From an uncultured Acidimicrobiaceae bacterium (GTDB lineage: Bacteria > Actinomycetota > Acidimicrobiia > Acidimicrobiales > RAAP-2): 64,000 bases of DNA. The position numbers were made by a program, and so were the translations under genes. Where the stretch lies: assembly GCA_963730785.1 (NCBI GenBank), contig CAVSTF010000016.1, forward strand, positions 165,573 to 229,572, given 5' to 3'. Below, piece by piece: positions 17,598 through 26,893 of this stretch. The notes beneath the pieces were generated by a model. It did no database searches and was not told the origin of the DNA. It saw nothing but the letters and a program-made list of their open reading frames with translations. Each line of letters opens with the position of its first letter. Positions within the stretch are counted from its first letter, which is position 1.

Positions 17598-18311
17598 CTA
17601 ACGCAGGTGACGTTCGAAGAAGTCGAGGGTTCGCACCCACGCCTCATCGGCGGCGGCGGCGTTGTACATAGACGGTGCGTCCCAGTTGCTGAACGCGTGG
17701 CCCGCGGCATACCGGTGGAACTCGACCAGAGGGCGACCTTTCAATGCCGCCTCGACCTCGTCAATCTTGTCGCTGGGGATGAACGCGTCGAGTGAGCCGT
17801 AGTGGTACATGCTTGGACATTCCAAGTCACCGACATGTTCGAGCATGTCGTTGATCCCAGAGCCGTAGTAACAGACAGCTGCGTCAATGCCGTGACCATC
17901 GACCCGACTCTGCGTAGCCGCCATGAACGCCAGCGCTCCGCCCAAACAGAATCCCACTGCTCCGATCTTCCCAGTGCATTCGGGCAAGCCCACCAGATGG
18001 GCGTGAGAGGCCTGAGTGTCGCCGGCGGCCTTCTTGAGGTCGAGTTGCTGAACCATGGCGAAGGCGTCACCGATTCCGGACTCGTCTTTGCGCTCGAAAC
18101 GTCGCTCAATGCGCCAGAACATGTCGGGCGCAAGAGTCACGAAGCCGGCACCGGCCAGCCGATCGGCCAATTCCCTGATGTTGTCGTTGATGCCGAAGAT
18201 CTCCTGAAACAGAAGAACCCCAGGTCCCGTCCCTGACGCTGGAACCGCACAGTAGGCGTCGAACTGGTCTCCCTCTACCGGGACGGATTCGTATCTTGAG
18301 GTGATAGCCAC
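17598..18311 (-). CDS. dienelactone hydrolase family protein
   Basis: GFCLGG nucleophile motif with DLH-like length and layout. Confidence 0.8.
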   Translation of the reverse strand: MAITSRYESVPVEGDQFDAYCAVPASGTGPGVLLFQEIFGINDNIRELADRLAGAGFVTLAPDMFWRIERRFERKDESGIGDAFAMVQQLDLKKAAGDTQASHAHLVGLPECTGKIGAVGFCLGGALAFMAATQSRVDGHGIDAAVCYYGSGINDMLEHVGDLECPSMYHYGSLDAFIPSDKIDEVEAALKGRPLVEFHRYAAGHAFSNWDAPSMYNAAAADEAWVRTLDFFERHLR

Positions 18312-18378
18312 GTAACGACCGTACTCGTCGCTCCTCTGGGACGGAGTCGACCCGCCAACCTCGACAAATCGGTCTGGG

Positions 18379-19062
18379 GTGACCCCAGGGGAAGTCGTTT
18401 CACCCAGCTACTCGATAGGGTTCAATCGCATGACCGACTGGACATCGATCGCCTCGTTCGCCACCGCTGGTGGCACGCTTGTGCTCGCCGTGGCCACGTT
18501 TTCGGCAGTGCGGTCGTCCAACCGATCCGCCCGTATCGCCGAGGAGTCACTTCTCACCGCCATGCGGCCCCTTCTTGTGCCATCGCTCACCGACGACCCG
18601 GTCCACAAGGTGTTGTGGCACGACCGTCACGCCGCCCGAATCAACGGTGGCCGTGCCATCTTCGAGGAGGAAGACGGAGTCCTCTACCTCGCCATGGGAC
18701 TTCGCAACCTCGGAACTGGGATCGCCCTACTCCACGGTTGGCACCCGATGCCCGATCAAGCGTTTGAGGACCGGCCCCACGCTAAGGCCGAGGAGTTCCG
18801 TCGCCTCACCATCGACCTTTACATTCCAGCAGGCGGAAGCGGCTACTGGGAGGCAGCTGTCCGAGACCCCGATGACCCGCTGCGTCCCGCCTTCATGAAG
18901 GCCCTCACCGAACGACAACCCTTCACGATCGACCTTCTCTACGGCGATCAACAGGGAGGGCAGCGAACCATCAGTCGCTATACCGTTCTTCCCGCCACCG
19001 ATGAGGGTTGGTACGGTCAAGTGGGCCGACACTGGAATCTGGATAGGCCCGACCCTCGCTAG
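18379..19062 (+). CDS. hypothetical membrane-anchored protein (N-terminal TM helix), no recognisable domain
   Basis: Hydrophobic segment IASFATAGGTLVLAVATFSAV. Its stop abuts the downstream gene (TAG-ATG). Confidence 0.5.
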   Translation: MTPGEVVSPSYSIGFNRMTDWTSIASFATAGGTLVLAVATFSAVRSSNRSARIAEESLLTAMRPLLVPSLTDDPVHKVLWHDRHAARINGGRAIFEEEDGVLYLAMGLRNLGTGIALLHGWHPMPDQAFEDRPHAKAEEFRRLTIDLYIPAGGSGYWEAAVRDPDDPLRPAFMKALTERQPFTIDLLYGDQQGGQRTISRYTVLPATDEGWYGQVGRHWNLDRPDPR

Positions 19063-19539
19063 ATGGACGATCTGAAGCCGCCGCGCTTGGTCGATGACGA
19101 ACGTCAGACGGTGATGGCGTTGCTGCAGTATCAGCGCAGTTCATTCGTGAAAAAGGTCAGTGGGGTCAGCGAGGAATCCGCCAGGCAGCAATTCGTTCCG
19201 AGCGGGACGAGCCTTCTTTGGCTCACGAAGCACATGGCTCGTGCGGAGTCCTTGTGGTTACTTTTTCGTTTCGCCGGCCAGAACGGTGCCATTGATAGTG
19301 ACGCGATCACCCCAAACGACACACTGCAGTCCGCCATTGACTCCTATCAGGAGATCTGGACACAATGTGATGCCGTCGTGGCGGCCGCGCCGAATCTCGA
19401 TGTTCTTTGCCAGAACGTTGGAGATGAATCCCCAGTCAATCTTCGCTGGGTCCTTATGCATCTTCTTGAGGAAACCGCCCGCCATGCTGGGCATGCTGAC
19501 GTAGTGCGGGAGCTCATCGACGGCCAGACTGGTCGATAA
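19063..19539 (+). CDS. DinB_2/DUF664 family protein (mycothiol-dependent maleylpyruvate isomerase N-terminal-like four-helix bundle)
   Basis: DDERQTVMALLQYQRSSFVKKVSGVSEE...LLWLTKHMARAE pattern with H/E metal-site context near the C-terminus. Confidence 0.7.
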   Translation: MDDLKPPRLVDDERQTVMALLQYQRSSFVKKVSGVSEESARQQFVPSGTSLLWLTKHMARAESLWLLFRFAGQNGAIDSDAITPNDTLQSAIDSYQEIWTQCDAVVAAAPNLDVLCQNVGDESPVNLRWVLMHLLEETARHAGHADVVRELIDGQTGR

Positions 19540-19551
19540 CCCCAACCTCGT

Positions 19552-20094
19552 CTACCCCTTGGGAAATGGAGGCTTCTTCACCCCTCCAAGAGAACGGTAA
19601 AACGATCGCAGCTGGGCAATGCGGGACTGATCAAACTTGACCTGACACTGAGCGCTAATCAGCGGTGCTTCAGACCCGCCCAGAAAGGTGTCCGACTCGC
19701 TGCTGCATTCGGCCACTCGGTAGGCAAACCAAGCGGACTCGGCTTGGATTAAGTCCGTGTCCGCTGCGGTGGAAAGGTTTGGCCCGAGGTCGGGGCCGTA
19801 CAGAGCGCCTTCGGCCTTAAGCATCCCGAAGAGCACTCGCTCTCCTTGGTCAATGACCTTGTCGAGCTTGACGATCTTGTGTTCCTCGCACCCTTCCATT
19901 CCAACCTGGTTCGACTCGTCGCATTTCAACAGAGTGAACGGCTCATGAATCACGGGAGGAGCCAACGCAGGCGTGGTGGTCGTCGTGGTGGAACCCGATG
20001 CCGTTCCCGCTCCGAGCAGCAGCAGTAGCGACGTCAACGCGGCGACAGCCGCTCGTACCGATAGGCGCATGGCATGAGTGTGCCATTTATGCAC
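19552..20094 (-). CDS. secreted DUF1311 (LprI lysozyme-inhibitor-like) protein
   Basis: Signal peptide, then C...ESAWFAYRVAEC, characteristic of the DUF1311 fold. Confidence 0.7.
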   Translation of the reverse strand: MHKWHTHAMRLSVRAAVAALTSLLLLLGAGTASGSTTTTTTPALAPPVIHEPFTLLKCDESNQVGMEGCEEHKIVKLDKVIDQGERVLFGMLKAEGALYGPDLGPNLSTAADTDLIQAESAWFAYRVAECSSESDTFLGGSEAPLISAQCQVKFDQSRIAQLRSFYRSLGGVKKPPFPKG

Positions 20095-20102
20095 CCGAGG
20101 TT

Positions 20103-20348
20103 CTAGAGAACTCCAGATACTTGATGCACTTCACCACAAGGGACTCCGAGTGCCTCATGGTGCTTTCGAACTGCATCAGCGTCCGGTGCCTCCAGAAGGC
20201 AGTAGACCTTGCCGTCAGGATTGTGAAAGAGCTCGACCTGACGAACCCCAAACTCGTCGGCCTTCTGGTCCTTCGTTTCTTGAGTAATTTGCTGGATCGC
20301 TTGATCCGGCAACTTCAGATCGTCGTGGAAATCCATGAACTGAGGCAT
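20103..20348 (-). CDS. DUF4242 family protein
   Basis: 81 aa, MPQFMDFHD...VYCLLEAPDADAVRKHHEALGVPCGEVHQV matches the DUF4242 pattern. Confidence 0.7.
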   Translation of the reverse strand: MPQFMDFHDDLKLPDQAIQQITQETKDQKADEFGVRQVELFHNPDGKVYCLLEAPDADAVRKHHEALGVPCGEVHQVSGVL

Positions 20349-20542
20349 CGCTGTTCCTCTGTTTCTCGAGAGCAGTCACCGCCATCGGACTGCGTTTGTT
20401 CCGTAATGGTACGACGAGATCAGCGCCTCTGCCTATGTGTCGAGGAAGCCTTAAAGGAACCTGAGACAACCCCTACTCCGATGAATGCGGCACCTGTATT
20501 CTCTACTCTCTCTCCGGCGGCGCGTCCGAGTTCCGTGGATGT

Positions 20543-20917
20543 GTGACCAGAGCGATTGCGGGGAATAGGACGTATCAGATGACTCGATATTTGATCTCGT
20601 TTGATGACGGAGAAATGGTTATCTCGGATCAGGACCTACCCGCCGTGGACAAGGCTGCGCATGATGTAGTCGAAGCGGCGAAAAGTGCCGGGGTGTGGGT
20701 CTTCGGCGGTGGAGTGGCAAGCCAGAGGGCGAGCATCGTGTCCACCGACGGAACGGTCAGTGACGGCCCGTACCCCGAGGACAAGGCGGTCCTCGGCGGC
20801 TTCGTCATCGTGGACGTGCCTTCACACGTGGAGGCACTCGAGTGGGCGGCGAAGTGGGCCTCGGCGTGTCGCTGTCCCCAGGAAGTTCGAGAGATCATGA
20901 CCGACCCGAACATCTGA
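20543..20917 (+). CDS. YciI-like (YCII-related) protein
   Basis: ~120 aa with YLISFDDG...DGPYPEDKAVLGGFVIVDVPSHVEALEWA. Confidence 0.7.
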   Translation: MTRAIAGNRTYQMTRYLISFDDGEMVISDQDLPAVDKAAHDVVEAAKSAGVWVFGGGVASQRASIVSTDGTVSDGPYPEDKAVLGGFVIVDVPSHVEALEWAAKWASACRCPQEVREIMTDPNI

Positions 20918-20929
20918 TCGACACGATGT

Positions 20930-22159
20930 CTACATCAGCGACTGATAGACAAGTTGTTTGAGTTGGCTGCGGATCGGGTGAGTACTCGAGGGAAGTAGTT
21001 GGGTGAAAAACAACACGCTCAGGTCCTCCTGGGGTGCCACCCACCATGATGTACTGAAGGCACCTCCCCAGCCGTACTCTCCCAAGCTGGTCAGCACTTT
21101 GCCTGCCACCGGGTCCGTCACGACGGACACCCCCAGGCCAAACCCGACGCCGTCAAATGTCGTTTCGGCGAAGAGCGGTCGGCCAAATTCTTCTAGATCA
21201 ACACCACCTGGAAGATGGTTACTGGTCATGTACGCCACAGTGCGGGGCGACAACAATCGATTACCTTCTATTTCACCGCCGAGTCGCAGCATCTCCGAGA
21301 AACGAAGGTAGTCAGCGGCTGTGCCAACGAGGCCGCCGCCGCCCGAGAGCATCTCTGGTGGATTGACGGCTGTCTCGCCTGGAATGCGAATTGGCGGGGA
21401 GTCAGATCCCGCTGGGTTGACCAAGTACGGTGCGGCCAAACGATCCACGTCGTGGTTTGAGTCAAAACTGGTGTCGACCATGCCCAGCGGCTTGAAGATC
21501 CTCTCCTGGAAGAACGACGCGAGGTCCTGTCCAGAGACCACTTCGATAAGCCGTCCAAGTACGTCAGTGGACACCCCGTAGTTCCACTCACTTCCCGGTT
21601 CGAACAGAAGTGGCTGCGCTGCCCACAGTTCACAACAACCGGCGAGGTCAACCCCGGCAGGATTCCCCCATTCGAATCCGGCAGACCGGTACATCGCATC
21701 CACCGGATGCGCATATTGAAACCCATAGGTGAGGCCGGAAGTATGAGTGAGCAGATGCCAAACCCGTATTGGTTCAGTGGCCGGACGGAGGTCAGGGCTG
21801 TTCGAACTTCCGGACCGATAGACCTTCATATTGTCGAAACTTGGAATCCACTTCGAAATAGGATCCTTCAATTCGAAGGCGCCCTCTTCGTAGAGCATCA
21901 TCGCCGCCACGGCCGTGATGGGCTTGGTCATGGAGGCCAGACGCCAGATCGTGTCGGTTGTCACGGGAGCGGCTGCCTCGCGATCCCGCATTCCGTAGTT
22001 TGAGAGGTGAGCCACCTTTCCATTTCGCGCCACCGCAATAAGCCAACCGGTGAGCCGACCATCATCAACATATTTGCGGAAGTGCCGATCCAGTCGATCC
22101 AATCGGGACTGTGACATTCCTACTTCGGATGCTTCTACCTCTATCTGGATGGCAGTCAT
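20930..22159 (-). CDS. serine hydrolase of the beta-lactamase/transpeptidase superfamily (class C/esterase-like)
   Basis: S-x-x-K motif ASMTKPITAV and a YGW-type region. Start set to the internal Met (MTAIQIEV) to avoid overlap with the upstream SRPBCC gene. Confidence 0.8.
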   Translation of the reverse strand: MTAIQIEVEASEVGMSQSRLDRLDRHFRKYVDDGRLTGWLIAVARNGKVAHLSNYGMRDREAAAPVTTDTIWRLASMTKPITAVAAMMLYEEGAFELKDPISKWIPSFDNMKVYRSGSSNSPDLRPATEPIRVWHLLTHTSGLTYGFQYAHPVDAMYRSAGFEWGNPAGVDLAGCCELWAAQPLLFEPGSEWNYGVSTDVLGRLIEVVSGQDLASFFQERIFKPLGMVDTSFDSNHDVDRLAAPYLVNPAGSDSPPIRIPGETAVNPPEMLSGGGGLVGTAADYLRFSEMLRLGGEIEGNRLLSPRTVAYMTSNHLPGGVDLEEFGRPLFAETTFDGVGFGLGVSVVTDPVAGKVLTSLGEYGWGGAFSTSWWVAPQEDLSVLFFTQLLPSSTHPIRSQLKQLVYQSLM

Positions 22160-22184
22160 CTCGGAAGCATATGGCTCGACTTGC

Positions 22185-22661
22185 TCAGAGACCTTTGCGG
22201 GCGGTTCGCTCCAAGATCCCCAGTGTGGCGCGCAGAGCGGATTCAGGCACGATCGGGAAGCGATCCTTGTATTCATCGCTCATCTTCGACCAGTCGTAGT
22301 ACGAGGTCACATTGGTGACCCCGTCCTCACCGGCCTCCAAGCGGTAGCCATAGAAGTGCGGGAATGGGATATCGGGTCCGAGATTCCATGCAATTTCCTT
22401 GTCACGCTCAAACGCAATGATGTGCACGGTCACGTCGTACTTTCCAAGTGGCATGTCGTTGAGCGACTCACGATCCATATGAATGACGAATGTGTCCCCT
22501 ACTTTTTCTGCCGGCTCCCCAGTGAAGTCTTGAAGCATTCCGGAAGCATCAATCGCCACATGCCCGGCTGGGCTTCTGACGACGTCGAAGATTGCTGACG
22601 GTGGCAACGCAATAGGACGGGTAATTTCGATCCGGTCAGTCAAGTAGACGGTATCGGGCAT
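22185..22661 (-). CDS. hypothetical protein, possibly SRPBCC-like fold
   Basis: 158 aa, no strong motif. Size and mixed beta/helix pattern only. Confidence 0.45.
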   Translation of the reverse strand: MPDTVYLTDRIEITRPIALPPSAIFDVVRSPAGHVAIDASGMLQDFTGEPAEKVGDTFVIHMDRESLNDMPLGKYDVTVHIIAFERDKEIAWNLGPDIPFPHFYGYRLEAGEDGVTNVTSYYDWSKMSDEYKDRFPIVPESALRATLGILERTARKGL

Positions 22662-22727
22662 GTGGAACTCCTTCGGATGCGTGCGGGCTCATTGACCTAG
22701 ATCAACCTGGCTGTTTCTATCAGGAAC

Positions 22728-23321
22728 TTACCGTTGAAGGCTGTAGCGGATGTGTGTCGCTTGGGGGGTGTCGATCACTCGAACAATCTCCAACTCAACC
22801 TTCGCCGGCAGCAGGTCAAACAGTCGGCGGCCATTTCCAAAGAGGACCGGGACTTGGTGAATTTGCAGCTCATCAAGCACGTCGGCCTCAAGGGCGGTCT
22901 CCGCGGTGTAGGCACCGTGGACCAGCACATTGCGGTCTCCGGCGGCGGCTTTTGCTTGTGTCATGGCGCTGGCGACCCCATCTGTCACGTACGTCACCAA
23001 TGGGTACTTCGACCCAGACGTTCCCGCCGGCCTATGGCTCGGCACAAAGATTGGGACGCCATCGTGATGGTCGCCGCCCCAATGGTCGACCTGCTCCACC
23101 GTGTTGCGACCGGAGAGCACGGCACCCGTTTCCTTGATTTCGTCCAGAAAGTGCCTACCCATCCCAGGGGAGGTACCGGCAGTGGGACTCGCATCCGAAG
23201 CAAACCCATACCACTCGTGTAGACGCATGAACCCGTCCCCGCCGGGATTTCCAGGTTTGTCGTTTGGGCCGGCGATGTACCCGTCGAGCGACATGGACAT
23301 GTACAGCACCGATCTAGACAT
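22728..23321 (-). CDS. dihydrofolate reductase family protein (RibD C-terminal domain-like)
   Basis: MSRSVLYMSMSLDGYIAGPND N-terminus typical of YwjB/RibD_C DHFR-like proteins. Confidence 0.8.
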   Translation of the reverse strand: MSRSVLYMSMSLDGYIAGPNDKPGNPGGDGFMRLHEWYGFASDASPTAGTSPGMGRHFLDEIKETGAVLSGRNTVEQVDHWGGDHHDGVPIFVPSHRPAGTSGSKYPLVTYVTDGVASAMTQAKAAAGDRNVLVHGAYTAETALEADVLDELQIHQVPVLFGNGRRLFDLLPAKVELEIVRVIDTPQATHIRYSLQR

Positions 23322-23551
23322 GTTGCAGTCCTCTCATGTGCAATGGCCTCGAGGTCATAGTGGATTTAGGTGACGACTATTGGCATCACTTTCAGGTGCC
23401 TCCAACTAACGTAGACCCGCAGCAGCGTCGAGCTCCTCCATCGCCGTTGCCCGAAGGCTCGAGGGATCACTCATGGAGCACTTATTGCCGGATGCCCTTT
23501 GCTATCCAGGCTCTAAGTTCAATGTGAGATGAACCGACAAGGAGAGGATCG

Positions 23552-23815
23552 ATGTACGCAATCGTTACGAACGTTCGTGTGGAAAATCCGGAGGAAGCTC
23601 GGCTCCTTCTACCCCAGGCAAGAGAAGCGCTGGTGTCCCGCGCTCCGGGGATTGTGAGTGGCTACTGGCTGGAGCCGATTGATGGAATTGGTACTTCGGT
23701 TCTTGTCTTCGAGTCAAAGGAGTACACGGATGAGGCCTTCAAATATCCGGTGCCTCCGATGCCGGGCGTTACTCAGCTCGACATGACAATTCGCGAAGTG
23801 ATTGCGCACGTATGA
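23552..23815 (+). CDS. small hypothetical protein (87 aa), possibly ferredoxin-like ABM/Dabb fold
   Basis: AGGAGAGG RBS 6 nt upstream of the ATG. No diagnostic motif. Confidence 0.4.
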   Translation: MYAIVTNVRVENPEEARLLLPQAREALVSRAPGIVSGYWLEPIDGIGTSVLVFESKEYTDEAFKYPVPPMPGVTQLDMTIREVIAHV

Positions 23816-23853
23816 CGAAACGAATGGCCCTGATCGGGACACATCCTGACCGG

Positions 23854-24732
23854 TTAGTTGAAAACGACAGTTTTTGTCCCGTTGGTCAGGACGCGCCCCT
23901 CAATGACCCAACGCAGCCCTCGGGCTAAAACGGTTCGCTCAATGTCACGCCCGACCCGGCGAAGTTCGTCCGGACTATCGGCATGGTCGATCCGGCGGGT
24001 GTCCTGTTCGATGATTGGTCCGGTATCGAGATCGGCCGTGACGTAGTGGCAGGTGGCGCCGATCAGCTTGACGCCCCGCTCAAACGCTTGGTGATAGGGA
24101 CGGGCGCCAGCGAATGAGGGCAGAAAACTGTGGTGGATATTGATGATTTGACCCGCCAGTCGGGCGCACATGTCCGGCGGAATGACCTGCATGTAGCGCG
24201 CCAGGACCATGATGTCGCCGCCCTCAGCCTTGAATAGCGCCTCGATCTCGGCGAACGCGGCCGCCTTGGCCGCCGCCGAATCGGTCGATCCCGGCGAAGC
24301 GACCGGCACGGGGACGAATCGAAAGGGGATGCCGTGCCACTCCACTAACTCTCGAAGGTCTTCGTGGTTGGAAATGACGCACGGAATGTCGCACTCAAGA
24401 TCACCGCTGCGCCATCGGTAGAGCAAGTCGGCCAGACAGTGATCTTCCCGACTGACCAAGAGCACCACGCGCACCGGTACGTCGGTGTCGAGAATGCGCC
24501 ACTCCATGGAAAACTCGGCCGCCACCGGCTCGAAAAGGGTCCGCAAGTCTTCGACGCCGAATGGGAGGCTCTCGGCCGTCACCTCCACACGGAGAAAGAA
24601 CAGTCCAGAAGTCAGGTCCCCGTGCTGGGTCGCCTCCAGGACCGAGCCTCCATGACCGGCGATGAAACTGGTCACTGCAGCGACAATGCCGATTCGATCC
24701 GGACACGTGATGGTGAGGATGTAGCGGCGCAC
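23854..24732 (-). CDS. purU: formyltetrahydrofolate deformylase
   Basis: N-terminal ACT domain (ILTITCPDRIGIVAAVT) plus formyltransferase core INIHHSFLPSFAGARPYHQA...HYVTADLDTGPII. Confidence 0.9.
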   Translation of the reverse strand: MRRYILTITCPDRIGIVAAVTSFIAGHGGSVLEATQHGDLTSGLFFLRVEVTAESLPFGVEDLRTLFEPVAAEFSMEWRILDTDVPVRVVLLVSREDHCLADLLYRWRSGDLECDIPCVISNHEDLRELVEWHGIPFRFVPVPVASPGSTDSAAAKAAAFAEIEALFKAEGGDIMVLARYMQVIPPDMCARLAGQIINIHHSFLPSFAGARPYHQAFERGVKLIGATCHYVTADLDTGPIIEQDTRRIDHADSPDELRRVGRDIERTVLARGLRWVIEGRVLTNGTKTVVFN

Positions 24733-24817
24733 TATTCCTCAACTTTCGTGCGAGTTGGATTCCGCATAGATGCAGTCTTGCAGGCGTCCTCGAGCGGGGG
24801 TGTGCTTGACCTCCCCG

Positions 24818-25702
24818 TCAACCCGTTTCACTCAAGGCCGACCGCCACGGCGAGATATCGAGTCCCGGGTACATGGCGGCCATGGTGTCCACCGTCATCT
24901 CGTTCCAGTACGTGTGGCCGGGCCGAGGGACTCCGAAGAGGGCGAGCTGTTCAGGCGACTTGCCGGCGGCAAAGGCGCGGAATGTGGCATCGCCACCTAA
25001 TCGAGGGAATGAGTCGTAGCCGAACCATTCGGCCTGAGCTGGCCGGAAGGCCTCAACCAGGACGAACCGGGATGCGTCGGAGTGGCTGAAGTTAGTGCCG
25101 CGATGCCACACGTCCGAGCGGTAGGCCAAGAGTGAGCCACGGCGCCCGGTAGCTGCAATTTCGTTGTTGTAGAGATCCTGGTAGTTCACGGTAGAGCGGC
25201 TCCTGGGCACAAGGCGTGGCGGGGCACAGTTCTCATCGACGTCCGAGAGATAAAGGAACGTCTCGAGGTGCCAGAACCCTGGCTCCATACGAGGAGGAAT
25301 GAGTGAATGGTTCCCGTCTTGGTGCAGGGGCTGCTCGTAGTTGATCTCCCCGGCCCATTTACCCCACACCGCGGCCTGGTAGATCCGTAGGTCATCTTCA
25401 GCCAGGGCTAATCGGGCGAACTCGATCATCCGTGGATGCACGAAGAGATCGTTCAATGCTGGACATCCTGCCTGTGGGAACCCACGCATGCCGTTGAACT
25501 GAGTCGAACGGAACTGGCGACCCTCCGGTGAACCATCCCCGAGGCCAGCCGCTCTGTTGTAGTTGGCGAAGGTGTCTTCGGTGAAAAGACGCTCCAGATC
25601 GTCTGCCACGGCGTCGATCTCTTCCGCCTCGATCAGACCCTCAACGAGGGCCCAACCCTCGGTCTGCCACTGATGCGCTGCCGCACGCAGGTCGTCTGAC
25701 AC
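24818..25702 (-). CDS. phytanoyl-CoA dioxygenase (PhyH)-like Fe/2OG oxygenase family protein (tentative)
   Basis: Length and scattered H/D residues are consistent with PhyH. Weak assignment. Confidence 0.5.
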   Translation of the reverse strand: MSDDLRAAAHQWQTEGWALVEGLIEAEEIDAVADDLERLFTEDTFANYNRAAGLGDGSPEGRQFRSTQFNGMRGFPQAGCPALNDLFVHPRMIEFARLALAEDDLRIYQAAVWGKWAGEINYEQPLHQDGNHSLIPPRMEPGFWHLETFLYLSDVDENCAPPRLVPRSRSTVNYQDLYNNEIAATGRRGSLLAYRSDVWHRGTNFSHSDASRFVLVEAFRPAQAEWFGYDSFPRLGGDATFRAFAAGKSPEQLALFGVPRPGHTYWNEMTVDTMAAMYPGLDISPWRSALSETG

Positions 25703-25745
25703 GGATCTAAAAGTAGACTGCAGACGGCTGGGACATCGAGCAGTA

Positions 25746-26756
25746 CTACTCCGAGGGATCAGGCTCTTCGTCGCTGTCGTCGTCTTGAAATCTCTTCAGC
25801 CATTCTCCGACTTGTCGTCCGACCACCTGGACTCCCCCCGCCACTCGGTCGAGTACCCGGGAGAAGCGCTCCCTGTAGTGCGCCACCGCAGCTTGGAATT
25901 CCTCTGAAGGCTCCGGCTCCTGCCCACGCCGCGGATAGTCGCCATCGCAAATCCGTTGGTAGTCACCGGATTCGACCCATTCGGTGAGTTCTTGGACACG
26001 ACGGACGGCCATGGGGTGCGTGAGGTTGAGTTCCGTCCAAAATCGGGCGTGCCGTGAGAACAGATCCTCCTCGTCGTGATAGCTGGCGGCCTGGGCGAGG
26101 AAGGCATCAAAATTCATCCCTGGCAATGCCCCGCCGGCAAGACGCATGAGAACCCGACACGGGGCAAGGGGATCTCCCATGACCAGGGCGGCGGCCCGAT
26201 CTGAGGAGAGCTCAGCTGCTCGCGCCCACTCAAGCAACGCGTAGTACAACCCACGGGCGGGAAGCCCAAGCAGTAAGGACTTCGGTAATGCACCTTGCAT
26301 GAATTGCTGGAGTAGCACCAAGGCGCTGGTGTAATAGGTGTGCTCCGAGAGCACATGGCCAACCTCATGGGCGAGAACGGTTTGAGTTTCATCGGCAGAA
26401 TACGAACCGATTAAGGATGAATTAACGACGATAATGGGCGTCTTAGCGCCGATCGCCATGGCATTGACGTTCGGCTCATTGATCACATAGAGATCAGGAG
26501 TCGTTTCGAGATCCAGGATCGAAACGCATTGCTGGTAACCGGCCCATACGTCGGGAAGTTGCTCACTGCTCAGGCGGATGGCGTTACCCATAACCATTTG
26601 ACGAAGGCGCCGCTCGTGACCGAGGTCAGAAAGACGTTTCAGAACCTTGTCGAGAAGTGGGACCGAGTTGAGGGCTGAAGTGGCAGCCCTGTCGGCGGGG
26701 TGTTCGTACGCCTTGGAACTGATTTGCTCGAATCGGCGGTCTTCATTCATGGCCAT
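25746..26756 (-). CDS. M48 family zinc metallopeptidase with acidic C-terminal tail
   Basis: HEVGHVLSEH HExxH motif with a downstream Glu. C-terminus ends ...DDDSDEEPDPSE. Confidence 0.8.
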   Translation of the reverse strand: MAMNEDRRFEQISSKAYEHPADRAATSALNSVPLLDKVLKRLSDLGHERRLRQMVMGNAIRLSSEQLPDVWAGYQQCVSILDLETTPDLYVINEPNVNAMAIGAKTPIIVVNSSLIGSYSADETQTVLAHEVGHVLSEHTYYTSALVLLQQFMQGALPKSLLLGLPARGLYYALLEWARAAELSSDRAAALVMGDPLAPCRVLMRLAGGALPGMNFDAFLAQAASYHDEEDLFSRHARFWTELNLTHPMAVRRVQELTEWVESGDYQRICDGDYPRRGQEPEPSEEFQAAVAHYRERFSRVLDRVAGGVQVVGRQVGEWLKRFQDDDSDEEPDPSE

Positions 26757-26850
26757 AAGGCCTCCTCGTTGGCCTTAAGCCTAGATTCACGAGCTGGGTG
26801 CCAATCGTCGCCCCACGAAGCGTCGAGTCATACGAGTACGGCGGACAGGT

Positions 26851-26880
26851 GCCCCGAGAGAATGATCCCTCGGGGCACCA
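26851..26880 (-). terminator. perfect 10-bp stem-loop downstream of the anti-sigma gene
   Basis: GTGCCCCGAG-agaatgatcc-CTCGGGGCAC, 14 nt after the gene end. No clear U-tract. Confidence 0.35.
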
Positions 26881-26893
26881 ATCGACGGCGGGC

